Source of the DNA: Pirellulaceae bacterium
Lineage (GTDB): Bacteria; Planctomycetota; Planctomycetia; Pirellulales; Pirellulaceae
DNA: 64,000 nt
Direction of reading: 5' to 3'
Assembly (NCBI GenBank): GCA_963734865.1
Contig: CAVTIV010000022.1
Coordinates: 74,432 to 138,431, forward strand
This document shows positions 37,848 through 48,243 of this stretch, one piece after another. Numbering within the stretch: position 1 is the stretch's first letter; every line of letters begins with the position of its first letter. The translations under genes and the position numbers were made by a program. The notes below the pieces were generated by a model. That model saw only the letters and a list, made by a program, of their open reading frames with translations. It had not been told where the DNA came from and made no database searches.

Positions 37848-39267
37848 CGGTTCACGGTTCCCGTCATCCGGAACCATCATCCAATCCAACTACATTGGCG
37901 TTGATCGGTTTGGCAGCTCCGGCTTGGCCAACACGGACGGCGTTCAGGTGATTCAATCGGGACCATACATCAAAGCCAACGTGATCTCAGGCAACTCGGA
38001 CGATGGAATCGACATCATCGGCGGCGGACCTCCAACGGTAATCACCGGCAACATCATCGGCTTGGACTTTACCGGAACGATTGATATCGGCGGCAACGCC
38101 AGCGACGGCATCCAAGTCACCGATTCGGGATCCAACCAGGTAGGTGTTATTGGCGCAGGTGGCAACATCATTTCCGGAAACGGCGAGAACGGCATCTTGA
38201 TTTCGGGAACCGCCTCGATTGGTAACTGGATCGTCAACAATCGCATCGGTACCGACACGACGGGGACTCTGGATCGCGGGAACACGCTCAACGGTATCGC
38301 GATAGCGGGCAATTCCAGTGGAGTCATCATCGGCAGCAATGGCGATGGCAACTCGGATCCCGGCGAAGCAAATCTGATCAGCGGAAACAATGGTCACGGC
38401 GTTGCGGTCGCCTCGGCTGCCTCCGTTTCGATTGCCGGAAACCGAATTGGTACCAGCCTGAATGGGATCACACAGATTCCCAACGTCGGTGATGGCGTGT
38501 CGATCCAGTCATCAAGCGACGTCACCATTGGTGGGCTGGGCTCGTCGCAAGGGAATCAGATTGCCAACAACTTTGGCGGTGGCGTCGTCTCCCTTGGCAA
38601 CAGCAGCAGCGGTGTCTCTATTCGAGCCAACGAAATTGTCAACAACGTTGGTCTGGGAATTGACTTCGCAATCGCCGGAGTGTCGGTGAATGATCCAGGT
38701 GAGTCGGACGGCTTGCAGAACTTCCCGGCCCTGTCGGCAGCGCTGTCGGGCAGCACAACCGAGGTGACTGGATCGCTGACGAGCAGCCCTAACTCAACCT
38801 TCCAGATTGACTTTTACGCCAGCGACATTCGAGACAGTAGCAGTTTTGGCGAGGGGCAGCGCTATCTTGGCTCGACGAGCATCCTACTCGATGGCTCCGG
38901 ATACGGCGACATCAATGTGAGTGGTTTGGCGTCCACGCTGACGGGCGAATTCGTGACCGCGACCGCTACCGATGCAGCTGGTAATACATCCGAGTTCTCA
39001 TTGGCGCAGCAAACCACCTCGACCGCACCGCCAACCATTCTGCAAGACAGTTTATTGGTCACCGTCATCGACCAGGGAACCGAACAAGCAAACTTCGGAC
39101 TACCTACATTGATCGTCAACGAAGGGGACCTGTTATTCTTGACCGGCGATTTCGCCGACGCTGACAGCAGCGTCGCGGTATCCATCAATTGGGGTGATGG
39201 TCAAACAACGACGGATCCTGTGATTCGGCGAAGAGTCGTTCACCGGACAGCATGTTTATGCGGATGA
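37747..39267 (+). CDS. Giant-gene fragment: end of the beta-helix region plus the first PKD-like unit
   Basis: 506 aa. ANVISGNSDDGIDI..., GNIISGNGENGILI..., ending ...AVSINWGDGQTT. Frame lost near 39215. Confidence 0.65.
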   Translation: MRALESRLREHPASRLGAPRNVISGNAGPGVIVDGSRFPSSGTIIQSNYIGVDRFGSSGLANTDGVQVIQSGPYIKANVISGNSDDGIDIIGGGPPTVITGNIIGLDFTGTIDIGGNASDGIQVTDSGSNQVGVIGAGGNIISGNGENGILISGTASIGNWIVNNRIGTDTTGTLDRGNTLNGIAIAGNSSGVIIGSNGDGNSDPGEANLISGNNGHGVAVASAASVSIAGNRIGTSLNGITQIPNVGDGVSIQSSSDVTIGGLGSSQGNQIANNFGGGVVSLGNSSSGVSIRANEIVNNVGLGIDFAIAGVSVNDPGESDGLQNFPALSAALSGSTTEVTGSLTSSPNSTFQIDFYASDIRDSSSFGEGQRYLGSTSILLDGSGYGDINVSGLASTLTGEFVTATATDAAGNTSEFSLAQQTTSTAPPTILQDSLLVTVIDQGTEQANFGLPTLIVNEGDLLFLTGDFADADSSVAVSINWGDGQTTTDPVIRRRVVHRTACLCG

Positions 39268-39313
39268 TGATCCCAGCGAAAGCTCCAGTGACGTTTACGG
39301 AGTCGTCGTCAGG

Positions 39314-42300
39314 GTGACCGATACCGACGGTAGCGGCGCCGCGGTCATTGGCATTACGGTCAAGAATGTTCCAGCGCAGGTGGACAGTTTTGGCTTTGAC
39401 GCCAACACGATCAACGAAGGGCAAGTCGCCACGCTAACGGGAACGTTTAGCGATCCGGGCACCGGCGATGACCATACGGTCGAAATTGATTGGGGCGATG
39501 GCGGGGGCAACGAGACGTTTTTGATTCCACAGGGCGATCGTCTGTTTTCGCTGGAGCATATGTATGACGACGATGGTGACTACGACGTCCGCTTCAGCGT
39601 GTTTGACGACGATCGCGATCCCGGTTTACCCGATCCGGGCGACGTTGGCTTTTCCTATGACATCATCGACCAGATCGAGGTACTCAATGTTGCCCCAACG
39701 GCGACGATCAATGCGCAGGCCAACGCGATCGAGGGGCAAACCATCAAGATCTCTGCCACCGTAAGTGACGACGGCGCTGCCGATACATTCACCTATGCAT
39801 GGCTGATCAAGCTGAATGGTCAAGGCGTCGCGAGCAGCGCACTGCCGAATTTCGATTTTACGCCGGCCATCGAAGGCATTTACGACGTCGCGCTCGTGGT
39901 AAGCGATGACGAACACGCCACCTACGCGACCTCGACCACGATCAACGTCACGAACGATGCACCTACGATCCTTCCCTCGAACATCACGATTTCGGTCGAC
40001 GGCGTAGCCACCGCCAGCGTTCAAGAAGGGACGGAAATCTCCCTCCAGGGCGTCTTCACGGATGCAGGTCTGAGCGACATCCATAGCGTGACGGTAGATT
40101 TTGGCGACGGTTCGGCACCGGTGGTCACGGTCGTCGAGTTCGGCGACCGTCACTTCAGGGACATTCGACATACCTATGCAGACGACCCAGCGGGCCTGAA
40201 CGACAATTACTTGATCACCGTTACCATGGATGATGGTGATCAGACCTCGTCGGCAACCGTGCCGCTGGAGGTTCGTAACGCGGACCCGATCGTCTCGATT
40301 CGCAGCGATCGAATCACGGCCGCGACGGTCCGGCTGGTTGCCGACATCCAGGACGCCGGAATTCTCGATACGCACACCATCGAGTGGTTCGTGAACGGTG
40401 CCCCCGTGGCCGGCACCAAGATTGTCAGCGTGCCGCGACCAGTCGGCACTGCGCTGGATGTATTATTCAGGGCCACGGACGACGACGGTGGCCAAGGGAC
40501 TGTCACGGCGAACTATTTTGTCTTGGATGATGCTGCCAATACGGTCACGATCACCGACGGTGTCGGCGGGCAAGTCAGCGTGGCAGTCGATGGACAGCCA
40601 CCAGCTGTTTTCATACCCAAAGATCAAATCTTGATCGCCACGGGAGGCGGAGACGACCGAGTCACGGTCGACCCGGCTGTCACCACCAACATACAAATCG
40701 ACGCAGGCGCTGGTGACGACAGTATCATCACGGCGTCGGGCAATGACACGCTGATCGGTGGCAGCGGTGACGACACACTTGTCGCCGGACCGGGCGACGA
40801 TCTTTTGGAGAGTATTGCGGGAGATGATCTGCTTGATGGCGGTACGGGTGACGATCAGTACCGGTTCAATCACTTCAGCGACAAAATCCTTGTTGATTCG
40901 GAGGGAAGTGACACACTGAACTTCGAAGCCGTTGCCGAGGATTCTGATTCGACCGGCGGCATTTCGATCGATCTGGGCATCGATGATGGCTCGCCACAGC
41001 CCGTTCGCTCCAATGGCACCGTCGCACTTTACGGCGACTTTGAGAATGTCATCGGGTCGGCTTATTCCGATCAGATCGTCGGCAGCGACCAGCCGAACGA
41101 AATCTTTGGCGGTCCCGGGGATGACAGCATCGAAGGCTCTGGCGGTGATGACACGATCGCCGGCGGCGACGGGGATGATACGCTGATTGGCGGAGCCGAC
41201 GGCGGCGATTCGATCGATGGCGGCAGCGGCGACGATACGATCGTCTCCGGCAGTGGCTCCGACGACACAATCTTCGGCGGCCCGGGCGACGACAGCATCC
41301 AAGGCAGCGGCGGTGACGACACGATCAGCGGCGGCGAGGGTAACGACACGATTGTCGGTGGCGACAGTGGTGGCGAGTCGATCGATGGCGGCAGCGGTGA
41401 CGACACGATCACCTCCGGCGGTGGCCCTGGTGACACGATCTTTGGCGGCCCTGGCGACGACAGTATCGCAGGTTCTGGAGGTAATGACACAATCGTCGGC
41501 GGCGACGGCAACGACACGATCACCGGCGGCAACAGTGACACGGTGACAGGGGCCAGCGGTGGTGAATCGATCACGGGAGGAACCGGCGACGACACGATCA
41601 CCAGTGGCAGTGGCTCCGGCGACACGATCTTCGGCGGCCCCGGGGACGACAGCATCGAAGGTAGCGGCGGTGACGACACGATCAGCGGCGGCGATGGCGA
41701 CGACACAATCAACGGCGGAGACGGCGGCAACGAATCGATCGATGGCGGCAGTGGCAACGACACGATCACCTCCGGCGGTGGCCCCGGCGACACGATCTTC
41801 GGCGGCCCCGGCGACGACAGCATCGAAGGCTCCGGTGGCGACGACACGATCAGCGGCGGTGAGGGTGATGACACGATCGTCGGCAGCGACGGCGGTAACG
41901 AGTCAATTGACGGCGGCAGCGGTGACGACACCATCACCTCCGGCGGTGGCCCCGGTGATACAATCTTCGGTGGTCCGGGCGACGACAGCATCGAAGGCTC
42001 TGGCGGTGACGACACGATCAGCGGCGGCGACGGTAACGACACGATCACTGGCGGCGACGGTGGCAACGAATCGATTGACGGCGGCAGCGGTGACGACACG
42101 ATCACCTCCGGCGGTGGCCCCGGTGATACGATCTTCGGTGGTCCTGGCGACGACAGCATCGAAGGCTCTGGCGGTGACGACACGATCAGCGGTGGCGACG
42201 GTGACGACACGATCACCGGTGGCGACGGTGGCAACGAATCGATTGACGGCGGCAGCGGCAACGACACGATCACCTCCGGCGGTGGCCCCGGCGACACGAT

Positions 42301-45300
42301 CTTCGGCGGTCCCGGCGACGACAGCATCGAAGGCTCCGGTGGCGACGACACGATCAGCGGTGGCGACGGTGACGACACGATCACCGGTGGCGACGGTGGC
42401 AATGAGTCAATCGATGGCGGCAGCGGCGACGATACGATCACTGCTGGCGCTGGCCCTGGTGATACGATCTTCGGGGGCCCCGGCGACGACAGCATCGAAG
42501 GCTCTGGCGGTGACGACACGATCAGCGGCGGCGACGGTGACGACACGATCACCGGCGGCGACGGTGGCAACGAGTCGATCGATGGCGGCAGCGGCGACGA
42601 TACCATCACTGCCGGCGCTGGCCCTGGTGATACGATCTTTGGCGGCCCGGGCGACGACAGCATCCAAGGCACCGGCGGAAGTGACACAATCAGCGGCGGC
42701 GACGGTGATGACACGATCGTTGGCGGCGATGGCGGTAGTGAGTCGATCGATGGCGGCAGCGGTGACGACACAATTACCAGTGGCGCCGGCCCTGGTGATA
42801 CGATCTTTGGCGGTCCCGGCGACGACAGCATCCAAGGCAGCGGTGGCGACGACACCATGGTTGGCGGCGACGGTGACGACACGATCATCGGCAGCGATGG
42901 TGGTGGTGAGTCGATCGATGGCGGCAGTGGTGACGACACGATTGTTGGCGGTGATGGCCCCGACGACACGATCTTTGGCGGACCTGGCGACGATAGCATC
43001 CAAGGCAGCGGCGGTGCCGACACAATCATCGGCGGTGACGGTGATGACACCATCACCGGTGGCGAGGGTGGCGGCGAGTCGATCGATGGCGGCAGTGGTG
43101 ACGACACGCTTTCGTCCGGGGGAGGGATTGGCGACACGATTTTCGGCGCCGCCGGTAACGATCTGGTCATCCTGGCAAGCGGATCGGTGAAGATTTTCGG
43201 TGATGACGACGTCACCAACGATCCGATCAGCGATGATCGGATCCTGATCCAAGCGGACGCGGACATCCGAATTGTCACCGGAGTGCAGAACAACCAGGCG
43301 ACGGTTACTGTGAACGGAGTTGCGGTCGCCGATCTTACCGACGTTGACGCGGCATTGCTCGTTGGCGGAGCCGGCAATAATGTGTTGGACGCTTCGATGT
43401 TTAACGGCGACGCGGGACTCGTCGGCGCAGCCGGCGACGACACACTCCTTGGTGGCAGTGGTAACGATACGCTCGAAGGCGGCCCTGGAAACGATTCACT
43501 CGCCGGCGGCGACGGTGATGATACCTATCTCTTTACCGGCTTGGATCTCGGTGTTGACGTGGTCGACGAAGTGGCCGATCAATCGAACGATACGCTGGAC
43601 TTCTTTGGTCTGTTGTCGACGATCGATATCGATCTCTCACGGGTCGATCTTCAGACCGTAGCGGTAGGGAACCTGCAGTTGCAACTGACCAGTCCGAATG
43701 CGATCGAGAGCGTGATCGGAACGGTCTTCTCCGACAAGTTACTTGGAAACGATCGGAATAACATACTGGTCGGCGGAGGCGGGTTGGATTCAATTTACGG
43801 CGCCGCCGGCGACGATTACTTGACCGCCTCGCGCACGCGGTATGTCTTCTTGGACTTCGATTCGCAAACCGATGGCGCCGAACATATCTACACGCCAAGC
43901 GAGCGAAATGCAATTCAAGCCCGATTGGAGCAGGACTTTGGGATGTTTGACGTGGTCATCAGTCAAACGGTGCCCGTCGGCGAGATCTTCATTGCGGTCG
44001 AGTTCAATCACCCGCCAATCGTCAATGGCAAGGCGATTTCCGGTGGGATATCCGATCGTATCGGCTTCCGCGATCTGGCTCGTGGCGGGACGGTTCAAGT
44101 TGATGTCAATGGTTTCTTGGGAAATGGCACGAACCAGTTGCCGCCGGAGGAGCAGAACTTCGTGTCGCTCTCCTCGACCATTGCGTCGCACGAGTTGGCT
44201 CACATGTATGGTTTGCGACATTTCGATGCACTGGGCGCACCGGGTAAAGGCGTCTTCGCGGCACTGGGAGGGAATGTATTCTTGCCGTCGTTCGGCGGAC
44301 CAGCAGCGGCTGAAGAAACCGCCGATCACCTGATCGCATCTCCACTTTCGGTTCGCACGACGCTGACCGACGCCCTACATGATCCATACTTTGGTGAGCG
44401 GGAAGCGCTGAAGTTGGCCTTTGGCGACACTGGCGAAGCGTTCGTCGAACGACCCAACGCAGAGAAGACAGACTTGGTGACGATCAACGGCGTGGTCCAT
44501 CCAGCGCAATCGATCGGCAGTTTACCAGCCTTGGCGGTGCCGAACACGATCGAGAATCCGAATGCGGAAAACTTTGCCGTACCATTAGATGCCGCAGCTG
44601 CCGCCGTCGTGGGAATGATCGAACTCGATGGCCCTACCAGTGAGAGCGATTTCTATTCGTTCACAGGTCAAGCCAATCAGTTGGTGACGATCGAAGTCAT
44701 GTCGCGGTCACTTCGATCCCGGATCGCGAACACGATTGATTCGCTAGTGCGAATTTACGACGCCAACGGTACTAAACTCAATTACTACGGAAGCCCACTC
44801 GGTGCATTCAATGACGACGGATTCGAGCCGACCGATTCAATTCTGATTGATGTACTGTTGCCCGCCGACGGAGCTTATTACGTCGAAGTCGATACGTTCA
44901 ATTTCTTCACGGAAGAGTTTTCCGTTTACTTGCCCAACTTCGATGTCAATTCGTTTTGCAGTAGCGATCCAGGCCACATCGGCTGTACCGATACAGACAC
45001 CGGCCAATATGAACTGCTGATCTATCGTTTCGAATCAGGCGTGAGCCAGGCCAGTGGCGATACGTTGATCGGGGGTGCAGGTGATGACACCTTGGTCGGT
45101 TCGTCGGGCAACGACGTATTCTTTTCCGATGGCGGAGATACCTTCGCCGGGCCTGGATCGCCGGCAACCGTCGTCATCAATCACCCGCCGCTCCTAGACC
45201 CGATTGCTGATCAGCAAGTGAACGAGCTGGAACTACTGCAATTCAATGTCACCGCAACCGATCCAGATCAAGGCGATACGCTTCAATATCGCCTGCTACC

Positions 45301-47665
45301 TGCCGGTGGGACAACAGTATTCCCGGCCGGTGCCGTGATCGATCCAAGTACCGGTGCGGTCACTTGGACTCCGCAAGACAATGGTATTTTCGAGGCTATC
45401 GTTGAAGTCTCCGACTTGCACGGGCTAACCGCAAGCGAGTCGGTCATCATCACCGTGGTTAACATTGATATTTCCGTCACGATCACAGGCATTACCGGAG
45501 ATTTAGAAGAGGGGAGTCAGGTCACGATTGACGGGTTCGCAGATGACCCCAGCGGCAACGCAACAACAATCACTCTGACATACGAGGTCTTTCGCAGTGG
45601 CCTGTTGATTGCTGCCGATTCAGGAGTCGATTTGGCCAGTCTGACTTTCACTCCAGAGGATGACGGTGAATATGACATCCGCTTGACTGCCGGCGGGAAC
45701 AATGGTGAGAGCGATGTTGCTCTGCAAACGATCACGATTGCAAACGTTGCTCCCGCTTTTAACGCCGGGCCGAATGAGACGCTTCCGTCCTCGGCCGAAG
45801 GTCTGTTCAGCCGGTTGCTCAGCTTTTCCGATCCAGGGAACGACGTGTGGTCTGGAACTGTCAATTACGGCGACTCGGCCACGAACTTTCCGCTGGCAAT
45901 CAACCAGATCGCCAAGGAGTTTGACCTAACCCACACCTATATAGCGGAGGGTATTCATACAGTGACCGTAACGGTCGATGATGGTGATTCCGGTGGGGTG
46001 GACGTTGAAACGTTCGACGTGACGGTAATACTGAATTCGCCGCCGGTCATTGATCCTCAGAGTTTTCACATTGACGAAAACCAGACGACCGTCGGTGCGA
46101 TTGCCGCGACCGACCCTGATTTGCCCGGTGATACGCTGGCGTTCTCGATTACCGGCGCTGGCCCGGACGATGCCAGATTTTCGATTACTACTGCGGGAAT
46201 GTTGAGTTTTATCGCCGCGCCCGATTACGAGGACCCTAACGACATCGGCGGGTCAGTCGGCGACAGCATCTATCTGGTGCAAGTTGAAGTCATTGACGAC
46301 GCAGGCGAAAGTGATACGGCGAACATCACGGTCACAGTCGATCCGGTCAACGATCTGGCGCCGGTGTTCACATCGGCCGCCGCGGCCAACGTGGCTGAGA
46401 ACACCACGGCAGTGCTAACGATCTCGGCGACCGATGGCGATTCGCCGGTACAGACGGTCAGTTTCTCGATCAGCGGCAATGGCGCCGACGACGCCAGATT
46501 CCAGATCACCGGCGGCAATCAGCTCGTCTTCATCGCCGCTCCCGATTTTGAGACACCGACCGACGCCAACGCCGACAACGTCTACGAAGTGGAACTGGTC
46601 GCTGACGACGGCAACGGTCTGACGACTTTGCAGACGGTCACAGTCACGGTCGACCCGGTCAACGATCTGGCGCCGGTGTTCACATCGGCCGCCGCGGCCA
46701 ACGTGGCTGAGAACACCACGGCAGTGCTAACGATCTCGGCGACCGATGGCGATTCGCCGGTACAGACGGTCAGTTTCTCGATCAGCGGCAATGGCGCCGA
46801 CGACGCCAGATTCCAGATCACCGGCGGCAATCAGCTCGTCTTCATCGCCGCTCCCGATTTTGAAACGCCGCTCGATGCCAACGCCGACAACGTCTACGAA
46901 GTGGAACTGGTCGCTGACGACGGCAACGGTCTGACGACTTTGCAGACGGTCACGGTCACGGTCGACCCGGTCAACGATTTGGCGCCGGTGTTCACATCGG
47001 CCGCCGCGGCCAACGTGGCTGAAAACACCGCGGCAGTGCTAACGATCTCGGCGACCGATGGCGATTCGCCGGCGCAGACGGTCAGTTTCTCGATCAGCGG
47101 CAACGGCGCCGACGATACCAAGTTCGAGATCACCGGCGGCAATCAGCTCGTCTTCATCGCCGCTCCCGATTTTGAAACGCCGCTCGACGCCAATGCCGAC
47201 AACGTCTACGAAGTGGAACTGGTCGCTGACGACGGCAACGGTCTGACGACATTGCAGACGGTCACGGTCACGGTCGACCCGGTCAACGATCTGGCGCCGG
47301 TGTTCACATCGGCCGCCGCGGCCAACGTGGCTGAAAACACCACGGCAGTGCTAACGATCTCGGCGACCGATGGCGATTCGCCGGCGCAGACGGTCAGTTT
47401 CTCGATCAGCGGCAATGGCGCCGACGATGCCAAGTTCGAGATCACCGGCGGCAATCAGCTCGTCTTCATCGCCGCTCCCGACTTTGAAACGCCGCTCGAT
47501 GCCAACGCCGACAACGTCTACGAAGTGGAACTGGTCGCTGACGACGGCAACGGGCTGACGACATTGCAGACGGTCACGGTCACGGTCGACCCGGTCAACG
47601 ACTCGCGCCGGTGTTCACATCGGCCGCCGCGGCCAACGTGGCTGAGAACAGCACGGCGGTACTAA
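39314..47665 (+). CDS. Giant-gene fragment (2783 aa): PKD-like units, 12 RTX-type units, metzincin motif, PPC-like domain, cadherin-like repeats
   Basis: HTVEIDWGDGGG and SVTVDFGDGSAP (PKD-like). GGxGxD nonapeptide arrays. HELAHMYGLRH. ELDGPTSESDFYSFTGQANQLVTIEV (PPC-like). ...VDPVNDLAPVFTS...ENT.AVLTISATDGDSP (cadherin-like). It begins inside a PKD-like unit (VTDTDGSGAAVIGITVKNVPAQV), so it has no N-terminus of its own. Confidence 0.8.
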   Translation: MTDTDGSGAAVIGITVKNVPAQVDSFGFDANTINEGQVATLTGTFSDPGTGDDHTVEIDWGDGGGNETFLIPQGDRLFSLEHMYDDDGDYDVRFSVFDDDRDPGLPDPGDVGFSYDIIDQIEVLNVAPTATINAQANAIEGQTIKISATVSDDGAADTFTYAWLIKLNGQGVASSALPNFDFTPAIEGIYDVALVVSDDEHATYATSTTINVTNDAPTILPSNITISVDGVATASVQEGTEISLQGVFTDAGLSDIHSVTVDFGDGSAPVVTVVEFGDRHFRDIRHTYADDPAGLNDNYLITVTMDDGDQTSSATVPLEVRNADPIVSIRSDRITAATVRLVADIQDAGILDTHTIEWFVNGAPVAGTKIVSVPRPVGTALDVLFRATDDDGGQGTVTANYFVLDDAANTVTITDGVGGQVSVAVDGQPPAVFIPKDQILIATGGGDDRVTVDPAVTTNIQIDAGAGDDSIITASGNDTLIGGSGDDTLVAGPGDDLLESIAGDDLLDGGTGDDQYRFNHFSDKILVDSEGSDTLNFEAVAEDSDSTGGISIDLGIDDGSPQPVRSNGTVALYGDFENVIGSAYSDQIVGSDQPNEIFGGPGDDSIEGSGGDDTIAGGDGDDTLIGGADGGDSIDGGSGDDTIVSGSGSDDTIFGGPGDDSIQGSGGDDTISGGEGNDTIVGGDSGGESIDGGSGDDTITSGGGPGDTIFGGPGDDSIAGSGGNDTIVGGDGNDTITGGNSDTVTGASGGESITGGTGDDTITSGSGSGDTIFGGPGDDSIEGSGGDDTISGGDGDDTINGGDGGNESIDGGSGNDTITSGGGPGDTIFGGPGDDSIEGSGGDDTISGGEGDDTIVGSDGGNESIDGGSGDDTITSGGGPGDTIFGGPGDDSIEGSGGDDTISGGDGNDTITGGDGGNESIDGGSGDDTITSGGGPGDTIFGGPGDDSIEGSGGDDTISGGDGDDTITGGDGGNESIDGGSGNDTITSGGGPGDTIFGGPGDDSIEGSGGDDTISGGDGDDTITGGDGGNESIDGGSGDDTITAGAGPGDTIFGGPGDDSIEGSGGDDTISGGDGDDTITGGDGGNESIDGGSGDDTITAGAGPGDTIFGGPGDDSIQGTGGSDTISGGDGDDTIVGGDGGSESIDGGSGDDTITSGAGPGDTIFGGPGDDSIQGSGGDDTMVGGDGDDTIIGSDGGGESIDGGSGDDTIVGGDGPDDTIFGGPGDDSIQGSGGADTIIGGDGDDTITGGEGGGESIDGGSGDDTLSSGGGIGDTIFGAAGNDLVILASGSVKIFGDDDVTNDPISDDRILIQADADIRIVTGVQNNQATVTVNGVAVADLTDVDAALLVGGAGNNVLDASMFNGDAGLVGAAGDDTLLGGSGNDTLEGGPGNDSLAGGDGDDTYLFTGLDLGVDVVDEVADQSNDTLDFFGLLSTIDIDLSRVDLQTVAVGNLQLQLTSPNAIESVIGTVFSDKLLGNDRNNILVGGGGLDSIYGAAGDDYLTASRTRYVFLDFDSQTDGAEHIYTPSERNAIQARLEQDFGMFDVVISQTVPVGEIFIAVEFNHPPIVNGKAISGGISDRIGFRDLARGGTVQVDVNGFLGNGTNQLPPEEQNFVSLSSTIASHELAHMYGLRHFDALGAPGKGVFAALGGNVFLPSFGGPAAAEETADHLIASPLSVRTTLTDALHDPYFGEREALKLAFGDTGEAFVERPNAEKTDLVTINGVVHPAQSIGSLPALAVPNTIENPNAENFAVPLDAAAAAVVGMIELDGPTSESDFYSFTGQANQLVTIEVMSRSLRSRIANTIDSLVRIYDANGTKLNYYGSPLGAFNDDGFEPTDSILIDVLLPADGAYYVEVDTFNFFTEEFSVYLPNFDVNSFCSSDPGHIGCTDTDTGQYELLIYRFESGVSQASGDTLIGGAGDDTLVGSSGNDVFFSDGGDTFAGPGSPATVVINHPPLLDPIADQQVNELELLQFNVTATDPDQGDTLQYRLLPAGGTTVFPAGAVIDPSTGAVTWTPQDNGIFEAIVEVSDLHGLTASESVIITVVNIDISVTITGITGDLEEGSQVTIDGFADDPSGNATTITLTYEVFRSGLLIAADSGVDLASLTFTPEDDGEYDIRLTAGGNNGESDVALQTITIANVAPAFNAGPNETLPSSAEGLFSRLLSFSDPGNDVWSGTVNYGDSATNFPLAINQIAKEFDLTHTYIAEGIHTVTVTVDDGDSGGVDVETFDVTVILNSPPVIDPQSFHIDENQTTVGAIAATDPDLPGDTLAFSITGAGPDDARFSITTAGMLSFIAAPDYEDPNDIGGSVGDSIYLVQVEVIDDAGESDTANITVTVDPVNDLAPVFTSAAAANVAENTTAVLTISATDGDSPVQTVSFSISGNGADDARFQITGGNQLVFIAAPDFETPTDANADNVYEVELVADDGNGLTTLQTVTVTVDPVNDLAPVFTSAAAANVAENTTAVLTISATDGDSPVQTVSFSISGNGADDARFQITGGNQLVFIAAPDFETPLDANADNVYEVELVADDGNGLTTLQTVTVTVDPVNDLAPVFTSAAAANVAENTAAVLTISATDGDSPAQTVSFSISGNGADDTKFEITGGNQLVFIAAPDFETPLDANADNVYEVELVADDGNGLTTLQTVTVTVDPVNDLAPVFTSAAAANVAENTTAVLTISATDGDSPAQTVSFSISGNGADDAKFEITGGNQLVFIAAPDFETPLDANADNVYEVELVADDGNGLTTLQTVTVTVDPVNDSRRCSHRPPRPTWLRTARRY
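41102..43138 (+). repeat. 168-bp (56-aa) tandem repeat, 12 units (one of 189 bp), RTX/hemolysin-type Ca-binding sequence
   Basis: ATCTT(T/C)GGCGG(T/C)CC anchors at 41102, 41270, 41438, 41627 and then every 168 bp to 42971. Unit: IFGGPGDDSIEGSGGDDTISGGDGDDTITGGDGGNESIDGGSGDDTITSGGGPGDT. Confidence 0.9.
44189..44221 (+). other. HEXXHXXGXXH zinc-metalloprotease (metzincin-type) motif: HELAHMYGLRH
   Basis: In frame in ORF 39314-47665 (CAC at 44189). A PPC-like beta-sandwich segment follows about 130 aa later. Confidence 0.6.
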
Positions 47666-48207
47666 CGATCTCGGCGACCGATGGCGATTCGCCGGCGCAG
47701 ACGGTCAGCTTCTCGATCAGCGGCAACGGCGCCGACGATACCAAGTTCCAGATCACCGGCGGCAATCAGCTCGTCTTCATCGCCGCTCCCGACTTTGAGA
47801 CGCCGCTCGATGCCAACGCCGACAACGTCTACGAAGTGGAACTGGTCGCTGACGACGGCAACGGTCTGACGACATTGCAGACTGTGCTGGTCACGGTCGA
47901 TCCGGTCAATGACAACGCGCCGGTGTTCACATCGGCCACTGCGGTCAGCGTGGCTGAGAACAGCACGGCGGTGCAAACGATCTCGGCGACCGATGGCGAT
48001 CTGCCGGCACAAACGGTCAGCTTCTCCGTCAGCGGCACTGGCGCCGACGATGCCAATTCCAGATCACCGGCGGCAATCAGCTCGTCTTCATCGCCGCTCC
48101 CGATTTTGAGAATCCGACTGACCAAAACGGAGACAATGTTTATGAGGTCGAGATTGAAGCGAACGACGCAAATGGATTCATCACGCGTCACATAGTTCAC
48201 GTTACAG
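46337..48207 (+). repeat. 312-bp (104-aa) tandem repeat, 6 near-identical cadherin-like units (a diverged 7th unit lies upstream at ~46027)
   Basis: GTCGA(T/C)CCGGTCAACGA anchors at 46337, 46649, 46961, 47273, ~47585 and ~47897. Confidence 0.9.
47611..48195 (+). CDS. Giant-gene fragment: cadherin-like units 5-6
   Basis: The frame changes at ~47598 (AACGACTCGCGCC versus AACGATCTGGCGCC in the other units). It changes again at ~48055 (GCCAATTCCAG versus GCCAAGTTCCAG). Confidence 0.65.
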   Translation: MFTSAAAANVAENSTAVLTISATDGDSPAQTVSFSISGNGADDTKFQITGGNQLVFIAAPDFETPLDANADNVYEVELVADDGNGLTTLQTVLVTVDPVNDNAPVFTSATAVSVAENSTAVQTISATDGDLPAQTVSFSVSGTGADDANSRSPAAISSSSSPLPILRIRLTKTETMFMRSRLKRTTQMDSSRVT

Positions 48208-48243
48208 TCTCCAATGGCGACCCGACGGCGATGATCGACATCA

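Larger units (their letters stand above)
33830..39250 (+). other. About 5.4 kb of right-handed parallel-beta-helix-type turns (PbH1-like)
   Basis: Dozens of recurrences of N(V/L)ISGN..(G/D)GV.I......N.(V/I).GN.IG.(D/N)..G. Two start motifs: GAGSLRFELNAAL and GGGSLREAIADANLAGGGDVIEFDISGAGPHTITL. Confidence 0.65.

Noticed and set aside
41071-43443. 790-aa minus-strand ORF (SPPxIVSSP... repeats), together with the 281-aa (42407-43252, minus) and 543-aa (41559-43190, plus) alternative-frame ORFs
   Set aside because: These are the reverse complement or shifted frames of the GGxGxD-coding 168-bp repeat. GC-rich repeats without stop codons stay open in several frames. The plus frame-2 reading has the recognisable RTX motif.
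46270-48012. Series of identical 62-aa (+) and 82-aa (-) ORFs recurring every 312 bp
   Set aside because: Alternative-frame and antisense shadows of the cadherin-like tandem repeat. Their periodicity simply mirrors the repeat.
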